DNA from: Catajapyx aquilonaris
Taxonomy: Eukaryota
Direction of reading: 5' to 3'
Length of the DNA: 64,000 nt
Assembly (NCBI GenBank): GCA_000934665.2
Contig: KZ538228.1
Location: 1 to 64,000, forward strand
The position numbers and the translations under genes are program-made. Shown piece by piece: positions 10,301 to 22,300 of the stretch. Under the pieces are notes generated by a model. It was not told where the DNA came from, searched no databases, and saw only the letters and a program-made list of their open reading frames with translations. The first letter of the stretch is position 1; every line of letters starts with the position of its first letter.

Positions 10301-13300
10301 CCATGGGCTTGACGACTTACATAAAAAAAATTTAGCAATTCCATATTAATGCAACTCCAATTTGCAATCAAAATGATTATTCCTCGACTGTAAAATTCAT
10401 TAAGTTGCGCAATCATCACACTCACGTTACACACCAAATCGCAGCAATCACCACATTTTCCTTGTGTATAAAACTTCACACACACTCAAGCTTAGGAGCT
10501 AAAAAGCCAAAGCACTGGCAGGAAGAAATATCTGAGGAAAAGGAAATAAAAAGCGTTGCACGGACGTCTCAGGTGGTTTTGTTTTGGCTCCAGGCGGACG
10601 CAACTTCCCCAGACACAGAGGAAGGAAAGAAAAAAGAGTGAAGACGAACCATTGCTCTCACCTCCCTCCAGATTTGCTCCACTTCCTCGCTCATCAAGGG
10701 TTTGTCTGACTGTCGAGTCGGGGTGGTAGGAGTCTTCTGTTGGCTTATGGAAGTGGGATTGCGAGTGGAGGTGGAAGTAGGGGGAACAATGGACCTTGAA
10801 ACAGGTTCATGTTGAGCAGGCAGTTCAGGTGAGGATTCAGGCAAAGAGTTTGGTTTCGTGACTTCAGCTCCTGACGGCAGTGAAGGTGGAGCTGGAAGTC
10901 CAAAAGTCATAAGGTGAGAGACTTGACTCAATGTGCACAAAAATTTTCATTAACGAGTCATTAAGTGGAATCAGAACAGTTTTATCTTTCACTTGCCATC
11001 AGTTGGGGAAAGAAGACATTATTATTTGTGATGTTCATCACTTGCCACATTTTCATTTCAGTCGAATCAACGAACACATGTTCTTCTTGCGCTTTTGCAC
11101 ATTTGTATCTGCGGAAATCTATAAATGTTAACTCTTTACCTTTTTGCTGATCTGTGACAGCATCCTTCTCCTCGGCCTTCTCTGCCACCTTCCCTTCCGT
11201 AGTCTCCACTTTTTCTTTGGCCACTGCAACTTCCTCCACTCCTCCGCTAGCAACAGGAACAAACTCAGGCACATTAGGGTTGAGGTTATCAGGGCTGCCT
11301 AATGGCCCATTGCTGAGGTTGAGAGGCTGGGGCAGAACGTAGGCAGTGTTGCGGGAGAAGCCGCCAAGCAGTGGCTGCGGGGCAAACTGCGCCACAGCGT
11401 CTGGTATGGGCCAGGTCTGTGGGTTGTGCTTCGTGCGCACTTTCCTCTCCTCCTCACGCAGCTCCAGGTGAGGGGAGGTACGGAGAGAGTCTGCTATAAG
11501 GGTCAGGTCGCACGTCAGCTCACGAACACGAGGGAATGAAGCAATCAAAGTGAGTGGCAGGAAGCCCTCGGGATCCATCTTTCTCCGGAGGTAGAAGTCA
11601 CGGACCAGATTATCTTCACTGAAGTAATACTCGCTGCAAGATGTAAAACACGAGTTAATATCCGGTCAAAATTAATCTCAAGACTTTAATAAACCATCTT
11701 TGCTTATTATGTGGCATCAGATACACTCTTTCTTTCATCAAATTCAGTTGGGGAAAGAAGACATTGAATTTTGCGTATTCATCATTTACTACAATTTATC
11801 AGAATATTGTAATTATTGTCCAATTGTTATTAACTTGGAAAAATGTGACTGGAAGAGCGGATTAATCCAACTCACATCTGCTTCCTGACAAACTCTTTGA
11901 GCGTGCTGTCTGCCAGTTGACTTGCTGCTGTCCCTCCAGACCCTGTCGTAGTTGCCTTTACAGTTGTTGTTGTTGTTGTCCCTCCCGTTGCTGCACTCCC
12001 ATCCACTGCTCCCCCAGGAGGTGGAGAGACCACCCCACCATTGACAGGTGTGTAGTTATTGTTGTAGTATTGGTAAGAAGAGTTTACATAGGGAATGACA
12101 AAGGTTGGATTAGATGGAAGATAGTCCAGCACTGTGTTGTAGTCTGGCGGAAAATCAAGGTAGTCTTCTGGATACTCCCTGGAAGGTGTTGTGGATCCAC
12201 CGCCCCGAGGGCCGCCCCCGCCACGTCCCCCTCTGGTTCCACCTCTTCCACGAAAACCCCTTCCGCTAAAGCGACCACGGCCTCGACCTGCACCTCGGGG
12301 GTACTCTGAACGGTCCTTAGGATCTTCCCGAGATGAGCCATCTAGGTAGACACACATCGTTAAAAACTAGCTTCGCAAGCTTTTCAAGTCTAGAATGATT
12401 GTTCACAGAAAACGACACAAAAGCAATGGTTCAATGCGAATAACATTTCCTTGGAAGCTACCCGCCATGAATGAGTGCAGTTCACTCACTGGAAGTAGCC
12501 ACAACAAAGTATCAGAAATCCTGAAGCATTCATATTATCAAAAGGTAATAATGTCACAAATTTTCATGTGCATTCACACGCTGCATAACTACAACCGAAA
12601 ACAATAGGGGGGTAGCACAGCACATCAATGAAGCAGCAACGGCTTGTGCAGTCATTCATATGCATCACCTCAAAATATTGCATGCCCCTTAGTCTCAGAA
12701 ACCTTTTCTATTCAAACTCCATGAATGCCCATTTACCAAGAAATGACAACCTGATGGCATTGTCTTGTTATCAAAATGGTTGGTACAAAACAATATACAG
12801 TAGCCAATGGTCATAACTGTTCCAGAATGGCTACTTCCCACACACCTTGATCTGCCCCACGTTCAAAGGACCTCTCCGAACCAAAACGAGGTGACCGCTC
12901 TGTCCTGCTTCGGTTGTAGTCATTCCTGGTAGTTGTCAGGTCTAGGCGAAGCCATTTTTGCTTTGGCACTGCCAAGAAAAATAAAAGCAAGTGTCACTCC
13001 CTTGAAAACAACACCCTTTAGTTGTGACATGCAAACCAGGCCCAATGCAAACTTAGTATTGTTACATAATTAACAGTGACAGCAATTTGCCTCTGAAGTT
13101 CCAAATGGCACACCAAAATGCAAAGCACATTTACGACTCATCATTCATGCAGCACACTAGGTGGAGAAAACTACCCATGACTGTGACCTGCCTCACCTTT
13201 CTTTTTCTTGTCCTTTGCGTCGCCATCTCCTGAGCCTTCCCCGTTTTCACTCCCACTCTTCTCCTGAGCTTCAGTCCCTCCGGCACTGGCATCCGGTGTC

Positions 13301-16300
13301 TGCGATACTATCGAGTTTGACTTTTCCACTGCACGGGAGTGCTGTTGGTGGTGTGCCTGAGAGCTTTGCGCTGGGCCTGACGACATGCTGGGAGGCCGCC
13401 GTTTCTACATGACACCAAATATTTGTGAAGCCTTGGTTGTATGCAGCCACAATTTAGCAAAGTAAATATTTGTAGCAAAGACGTCACCACGGCTACCACG
13501 TATCTAACCACCACTTGCGCGCTTACTAATACAAGTGCTAACTGTCATAATTTAAAATTCTGCCAACGTCAATTTAAATGCATAATCCATTTAACAAAGG
13601 CATTTACAGGGGCTCACTTATAGCTACTACAATTCACTAAGCTTAAATATTCTCGCTTTCACGCTACCAAGTTGTTACAAAACCTGACCCTTGAATTACA
13701 ATAGTTATCAGACAGTCATTATGACTTGCCTCACTGACTGCTACGTGTAGGTAATGGGAAACAAATGCTTATTCAAGATTTCGGGAAAACCCATTTCCAT
13801 TACAAATGTGAAAAGGCCACGACTGTCAGTCAGGACGCAAGTCTCCAGCAGTGTTTATTCAATTTGCAAAAGTTCAAGTCTAAAGTGAAGAGCTTTCTAC
13901 TGTTGCAGCGTTACGATGTACTTAAAAAAAGAGTCTGTCATGGACCACATCCAATGCGACTTAATTACCTTGACAGCCTCAACGATGTGAACCTCGTCAA
14001 GCGTGGGCCAATCGTTCATGTCTGCAAAGTTGCTGGCTTTGTGGTTGATTCTCTTAGCATCACAGCTGGCTTTCACGATGGTTGGCTTCGAAACAGGAAC
14101 TGGACCGTTCTCTACAGTGCCAAGGAAAAAAGAGAGAGAGAGAGAGATAAAGACATGTCACACTATTGATTCTGTTGCAGATTGTGATGCAATTCCTGTC
14201 CAATATAATTAGACCTACAGAAATCTTCATTTAACCCTCCTGCAGTAAACAAGTGCGATAGGGCAATGCAAATCCTCCGTGAAGGGCATTTCTTAGTTGG
14301 CCAATTTTATTAAGCTCACTTGTATGCGGCTACCATTAAACTCAATCCAACTTGACAAAAATTTGGAACAGTGTCAAAACACTTCATTGTGAGTCAATTT
14401 TTACATACACCTTGTAATGTTTAATTTTTCCATATGAATAGTCCACGCATCCCCAACATTATTCCAAGGCTGAAAAAATTATTCCAGCTGCACATAAATC
14501 AACATGTCAGCTTCCCTTTCACAACCACATCCCAGTAATAGTCGAAGCTTCAAAAGTCCAACGACCAATTACCAACAGCTATTAAAACATAGTTGCTTGT
14601 ACTACACCCTACATAAATAATTTTAGGACTGATAAGCTGCAGAGAGCAAACATTTAAAAAAATTGGCAAATGAGTCCAACTGGTCAATCCTAATCGGATT
14701 TGCAGAGGTCTGTTGGCAAATGTGACTTCTCAGTGGGCTGTTCCTGGGACAAGGCCACAGACAGACTGTTATGGGGGGGACCTAAACTGCTCCGATGGAA
14801 CCAAGTTGAAGGCCACAGATAAAGGAGGTCAAGTGGGACAGGTCATTCAGTGTCAGCTTATTTTTTTCCCCCCATCCCTTACTCAATACGATATGGGAAC
14901 ATCTAATATGTATTAATTTTCAATAAAAGTACTGTCAGGTCATGCTGTAGTGCACACGACCGGAAAAACAATTTTTCATTGCCAATGTGAGAAGAGGAGT
15001 CATTTCAAGGCACATTTCAGGAGGTTTATGATCTGACCACGTTTCATTTACTACGCCAGCCGTAAATCACCAGGAATGATCACTTTCGTCATAAACTTAA
15101 TTTTTAAACCACCTGTAATAAGAAATTCGGAATTACTCCACTTCATGTAGTACGGTACATTACACTGCAACCGTCTCCCATGATAACAAGATTCATTCAA
15201 AAATTCGCGCTTCATATGAAATAACATGGTATATGTGGGAAATATGTCAGCTCCATTTACTTATGTACACAAGTGAACTAATGGCTAGCATTTAAGTCAA
15301 TGTCAAGCAACAAGGTTGATCCAAAAAATTTCATAACCACATGTCAATATGCAGCATGTGCCTGTCATAACTGAGTCAATATAACCAACATTATGCAGCG
15401 ATTCAAAATGATAGAAATTTTCTGTTGGCTTATATTAACCAGTCAAATGAGTAAATCTCACTACTTTAGTTAAATCTAATATGAACCAACATATGAGGCC
15501 ATAAAAGTTCCCCTGATGAGTCATGATAAGGCCGCACACCTGCGCCGATTTTTCCCGGAAGAGACGTCACCGTAACAATGACAACAATGCAAACTTCCAA
15601 AAAAAATAACGACTGAACACATTTTAAATAATTTCCACATTAGTTTTCACTACCATATCACATGTCCACAACGCAATTATCTTCGCACAATGCGAAAATG
15701 CGTCGCAGATTCGGCTATACGATACTGGGCGACACCATCACTTTTAAAAAAAGCCCGCATTTACATCACACCACGCACACAAGCCAACGAGACAACATTG
15801 CATTGTCATCCCAATAATTGACACATCCGACCACGTCCCCAAACTCCGCGAATAATTTACTCAAGCACAATATTTGCTGACAAGTCCCCCTCCCATCAAG
15901 ACACAAATCACACGACCATCCACTAAATGGCAAGCAGGCACGAACTCCTTACTCATTAAGGAGATCCTCCCCCCCACACAACTAGCACCTGTGGGTCACA
16001 AGTCTCCTACAAACACTCTGCTCATCATGTAATATGAGGCAAGGATGCCACGTTTCGTCTACCTGTGTGCATGGCAACACCGGTTGGCATGCGCACTAAA
16101 CGGGTTATTTTAGACAGTAAACAGACGAGAAGCGTGAGATGGGGTACAGCAGTAGGGGGGGGAGAGGACACCCCCGAAAATTTTTCGAGAGAGACTTGCC
16201 AAGAAACTTTGGGTTAAAGGCCCTACCAACCTTCCTTCAAGCGGCGATACTCCCACGAGATAACACGCCATTTTTTTATTTAAAACAAAAATAGTGGAAC

Positions 16301-19300
16301 TAATTTCTTTAAAATGTTACATAACAATTTTTGCCAGGAGAGATAATTGACCTATCTGTACTGAGGTGCAAGCAATAATTGCTGTGCATAACCTGTCTCT
16401 TTTTATCAGGCGTTGAATCAAAACGGTATTCGAAGGGAAAGCAAAATGGACATACCAAAAATTACAGATCAGAATTTCAGAATGTTGAAAATATTTTCTC
16501 TTTAATATTTGTGTTCGTTCAATACTATTCTACTCGTCCTAATACAGATGCTGTAATTTGCGCAGGATTGGTCAATATTCAGATTTTTAAAAGGAGAAAG
16601 AGTCCGATTTTATGCAAATATCTGGCATTTGAAAGTCGAGCAAAAAAAATTTTTTTTGTGTATTTTAAATGCCACACTGGTAGATAATGCAATATTTTCG
16701 GGAGTTATATTGTTCACTAGAGTTCGGCTTTAATTAAATTGGCACGTATTAATTGCATTTTCCAATTGAATGATGTCACATTTTGCAGCCATGCTTTTGA
16801 AATAATTCGTTTTAGCAAACGTTTGCTTTAGTGAACAATATGAACCTTTTTTTATTTTTTAAAAAAAGCACATCGCCTACCAAATGCTATAAAATACGAA
16901 ATCTGCATAGCGCCAATTTGAAACGCCAAAAAAAATTTATCAAAGCAGTCAATTTTCCCAATTGAGGACTAATAAGACGGGAAAAATTGACAGCGTTGAA
17001 ATTTTTTTGGCATTTCACATTGGCTATCAAATATGCTAGGAAGCTTGCAGAATTTCGTGTTTTTAAAATGGCAATATTTTAATGGCGAAACTCAGACCTA
17101 ATAAGCATAATCTATTATTATTATTAGGAGCAACCTTCCAACTGCAAATTATAGTTCAGCAATAACATCAATCCCTTTCTCCCCCGCTTGAAAAACACTT
17201 TTTTAAAGTCAACACCACCTATAAATACCATTTCGAAAAATATACCCCGACAAAACAACTTTTCACACTTTTTTTTTTTTTTTTGCATACAGTTCAAGCA
17301 ATATTAAAACTCACATGTGACCCTCTGATCAAAACGTGCCCTCCTGACGCCGAAAAAAAAAAAAATCGCGCGCAACACACCAATTTCGGTCCACACTCCC
17401 GAGAAAACAACACAACCACTAAAAATAATTCCTCTCCATTCCCTCTCCCCCACACCCTTTCCAAACACCCCCTCCTCCCCCCTTCTCTCTCTCTCACACA
17501 CACATACAACGTCAGTGGTGAGACTATACGAGCAACTGCCACGTACGAACGCAATGTGAATGTCAGTTCCATACGTGAGTGGGAAGTGATAAAAAGGCCT
17601 CTTATCGGAGAAGGCCTGCCTGATAATTTCCCATTTTACGCCATGCAGACCTCTTCATATTATGTACTTTGCAGTGCGACGCTTCCTGTTGTCATCGCGT
17701 CATTACGCTATTGGCTTGCAACCAGGCTTTATACAACGCGACTCTAAAAGTCAGGACACATCGGTCAGTTGGTTTCTCCAATTGTTCCAACTCCACCTTT
17801 ATACTGACTGTCAACAATCTGCTAGTTGGCACAACTGGAAACCAACAATACAATCCAGACTTTACAGTCACCCTGTAGTTTGCTTCAAAATAAAAACATT
17901 GGGTGGAATTTTCCTCCCACTGCTGAGTTACTGCTAACTTAACAGTGCCAGTGTTGGCCATGGAGCGCTGTTAACCGCAAAACATTTAAAAGAGCATCAC
18001 TAAAAATGCTGCTCTGATGCTTTTTAGCAACAATAAAGCATTACAAGATGTTCAATGGGAGGCTCACCAGTGATGCTCTTTTAATGTGGGGGCGAAAAAA
18101 AAAATCGACCCATAATTTCATAATAATGTATCAGCCCGTATCTGAGGGCCACTGGAGACATTTAAAAAAAAAAATAGCCAGGTAATTCGGCTTCTGATAA
18201 CAATCCTGATTGAGTTTGGCCACCTTTTGCGAACCCAATCTCTTCCTCCCCTGATTGCATCACTTCAGGGTGGTGGGAGGGAAAAAAAATTGCCCTGCAA
18301 TTACGTCTCTGAAAAAAACTGCTGCTGCCAAAAAGCTTTGGCGTCCCTTCCCCAAAAAACCGGTCCAGACTTTTAAAACTCTTTCCCCCCCCCCCCCTTC
18401 TTTTTACCTGCCAACCCACCCCCATGGCCAAAAACCCGACTACTCCCCTTTTGCCGTTTTTTCACCCCCCACCACCACCAGGCCACCAACCATCCCCCAA
18501 CTTCTCCTAGAGCTTAAGCCAGCCAGCACCATTCACAGCCCAAGGCCAATGTCCTCCAACTCGGTTGGCCCAGTTTGCTACTCTTGTTCAGTTCCTCGTC
18601 CCTTCTCCTTTGGCAGGCAGGCCCAGGCAAAAGAAGTGAGCAGGTGTGGCCCACCTTCATGTCGACCTTACTTTCAAACCGCTATCGATATTCAAACTGT
18701 TAAGAAAAATATTTTGTACCGTTTTTTTTTTTTTTGATCGGACAGTAAGGCCCGAAGAAACTCCAGCAAAATCGGATGATGAAATCATAGTTTCGTAACC
18801 GGTAATAAATCAAGCCTATTTTCAGCCCACATTTTTAAATAACCGGACGGTTTAATATTGGCACTAGTTTCCAAATCAAAATGTCACGTGTCGAACCTGA
18901 CAGTACACTGCCACCTGTACCCACATATAGGCAAAGCACCTATTTCTGTCTCATTAATCCTTCCTAGATTACACCCGCGCTTCACAAAAACTGTACGAGA
19001 AGGAAAAAAATCACCATCATTTACTAAAATATAAATAGTCCTGCAACACTGCAAAGTGCACTCGCCTCAAAAAACCAGCCAAACCTGCTACACAGGTTCA
19101 AGCCCACCAGTTTAATAGACCCTATACTAATTGACGGCAGGTTTGACAACAACGACAAAATTACAAAAAGTATCACTGTCTTCTGACTCACAATGTTGCA
19201 GTTACAACAATGCACAATTTCGTAATTTCCAGGCTTGCAATTATTGTACGACAGGGTCTCTATAGTACCGTCTTAAAATAAAATGTAGGCCAAAACTCAA

Positions 19301-22300
19301 GCAAGGGACCATGCAAATTACACCTTTTTTCCACGCTTGAAATCCTCTTAGAGTGTACAAGTGACTCACATCTTAGCCGCAAAAAAAAAGTCGCAATTTT
19401 TTTTTCACGCTTCCCATGCCATTGTCTCCTCCAGTTATGCAACTTTTTAAGAAACATTGGTTGGTGGGAGAAGTGGGAAGACAAACAGGCCGATTAGTGG
19501 TTATCAACTAAAAACTGATATCGATGAAGTTACAGGTGCACACATTTAAAAAAAAAAAAAAAAAAAGACTGCGCATGATATGTTCTTAGCTGTAAGTGAC
19601 CTTCATGAATATGCATCAGGTTACTCAAAAGGTAGTCATAAAGTTGATTTTGAGCCATGTAATAACCTGGACAAAAATATTCACAGGTTTACACTTTTTT
19701 TTGTGCCTGTTATGCAACAGACGCACTTCAACATGTGCTGATTGCGTAACTCGTGCGAATTTTTTTCTCCACATCATTGCCAATTGTTGTTTACATTTTT
19801 GCATCTCTTTATCTTCATTTGCTCTACATTCGGAAGACCCATTTGCTTGGTAGCTGAATGATAAATGCCAAACAAGATGGTGGGTTCAATGAATATGCGA
19901 AATATCACCCACTTAACTGATCCATATGTTAATTACTTATTAATCGGAAGAGGCTGCCAAAAAAAAACTGTCCAATGTTACAAACACACGCGACATGCTT
20001 TTCGATCCTGACAATGGGCTCCCAAACACACATGAAAATTAATCACATGCACACAGCTGGCAGCTTGTCCACATGACCCTTGTAGCCACGTCATTACCTT
20101 GCTCGCAATTCTGGCAAGTCACCAGCTTTTAATATAAAAAAGGCATAACTACAATAACCAAAGCTGGTACTTCATGTAATGCTGCAGACATTTGCATCAT
20201 TCTGCACATCGCTTCATTGCTATTCAGAACCTATCGTCGGTGTTTTTTGTTCCCCTCCCAACATATTAACCTCGGTGTAAACACAATTACGTAACGACAA
20301 TGACACAGTACGTAGTGCTGCTGTGGTTAGTCCATATGGTAATGCAGAGTGAGACAGCACCTATTGCTTGAAGCACGAGAAGCTTCCCTTTGCGCGATTT
20401 TATCCTGAGTATGCAATTTGCATACGTTTACTGCACTCTGCATGTTTGCATGCACATAATGACGACTTTTAAAGCACAAAAAACGTATCATGGGCTTATA
20501 ACCGGTGGATTAAATGGCATGTTGGCTTAACTGTGGTACTGCCCACATTTTCTTACGAATTTCAAACATTGTTTTGAATGCAGATGTGCTCAATGCTTGT
20601 ACTAGTTAAGACTTTATTTTGCAGAACATATTGTAATGCCACTGGAGATTAGACTTACACATTGCCTGCAAAACAGTGTGTTATGCAAGAAGGAATCAAA
20701 CCATAGTTCAAGATGTTGGATAATTTCAAATGGAGATAACCATTGAAAATTGCCTGTGCACAAGATCACAAGGTAGTTTTGATAATACTCTTTCGCTGCA
20801 TTAGACACAGTAAATTACAGTACAATTTCTAAAATTCCCCTACCTAGTGCTTTGACCTCTGCTGAGTTGACCTCTGCTGGCGTAGGTCCAACGGAGCCAG
20901 CAGTGGTTGCTGTGGCGCCAACTGACCTCCGTTTAGTCCACGGGTTGACCCTCGGCGGCGGCGCCTCCACAAACTTCTTCTCTGTCTCAGGCGGCTCCGA
21001 GCCCACTGAACTCCTTTCACTAGCTTCATCTGGCAAACCATTACCAACAGGATTGGAGGATCTGCTTCGGCTGACGGCACTGCTCGGTGGGGCTGCATCT
21101 GTAGACGAATGTTTACGCGAGCCCGCACTTTTGGACCTAACAACTACCATGGGGTCCTCAAACTCTTCAGTCTCAGGACCACCGTTAGTCTGCTTTATGA
21201 CTGAGGTTGGGGCGGCTGCAGGTGGCGACACTTGTTTCACTGCAGCTGCTGTGTTGATAGGAGACTTTTGTGGGTCCGGCTTGAGAACTGGGTCTGCGTT
21301 TGGTTTGTGTCCAGACTGAAAAGATGGACAGGAGAAAAGTCATTCAATTATTTCACTCTCCAATCACATCCTTGCCAATCTGGCATTACCAAGTAACCGC
21401 TTTACTAAGTTACAGGCAAAAAAAAAAAAAAATTACAAATTCTTCCATATACACCACATTCCTCAGTAACATTTAATTCCCTGCAGATACATCAGTGTGG
21501 TACCAATAGGGGCAGCTGAATTAGCATTTATTTAAGTATCATGTACGTGGCCTCCACAAAGCCATTATTCAGAACAGAAGCAGTCACAACAGCTGCATCT
21601 ACGTCAGCAAATCATTGCAAGTGAGTACCGAGAGGAACTGAACATACACCAGGTACACACAATATTCTACCTACTATTTCCAGCAATTACCAGTTGCTGA
21701 GAACAGTTCGAAAAGGATGATGTTCCTGTAGTCATGGACCAAAATTTATCAGGATGGAGTCGCTTGACTTCATTTCATTCACTAAAATAGCAGCCATGCA
21801 CATATTCCATATTCATGACTCACCACACGATAATATCGGTTGTAACTGATACTTCCGACATGCCATTAAGAAGTCCTATTCATTACAATCTTCCGAGGAA
21901 GCCAGAAAATAATTATATGCAAAGCTGGATGCTGCAATGCTATTTGCAAACGAGTGATTAATACCAGATTTTCACTTGACTTTTCCTGCCTCAAAAGCAG
22001 TGCTGCCATGTGGGAGCCGTAACAGTAAACAACCATATTTCTGGCCTTCCATTGTTGTCATATATAGATACTGCAGAAGGGATCCTATATTTAACCTTGA
22101 TATTACAACTGTTTTTTATGAAGCAATTTTTTCACTTATTCTGGATTAATTTTCCAAAACTTTTTGCTCCTGATCCTTTCAATTCCACTGGTCCGAAGTG
22201 CAGGATAAAATGCCAAAATTTAATATCAACCCAAATTTTTGGGATTATTTGCCAAAATCTCATGGCATTTTGGGACAGAGGAAACTGGCCTATTGAACAA

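Noticed and set aside
13040..13150. TGATGA on the LARP1 sense strand in intron 4 as a fourth snoRNA (similarly at ~10413-10418)
   Set aside because: No downstream CTGA box D at a suitable distance and no recognisable rRNA guide.
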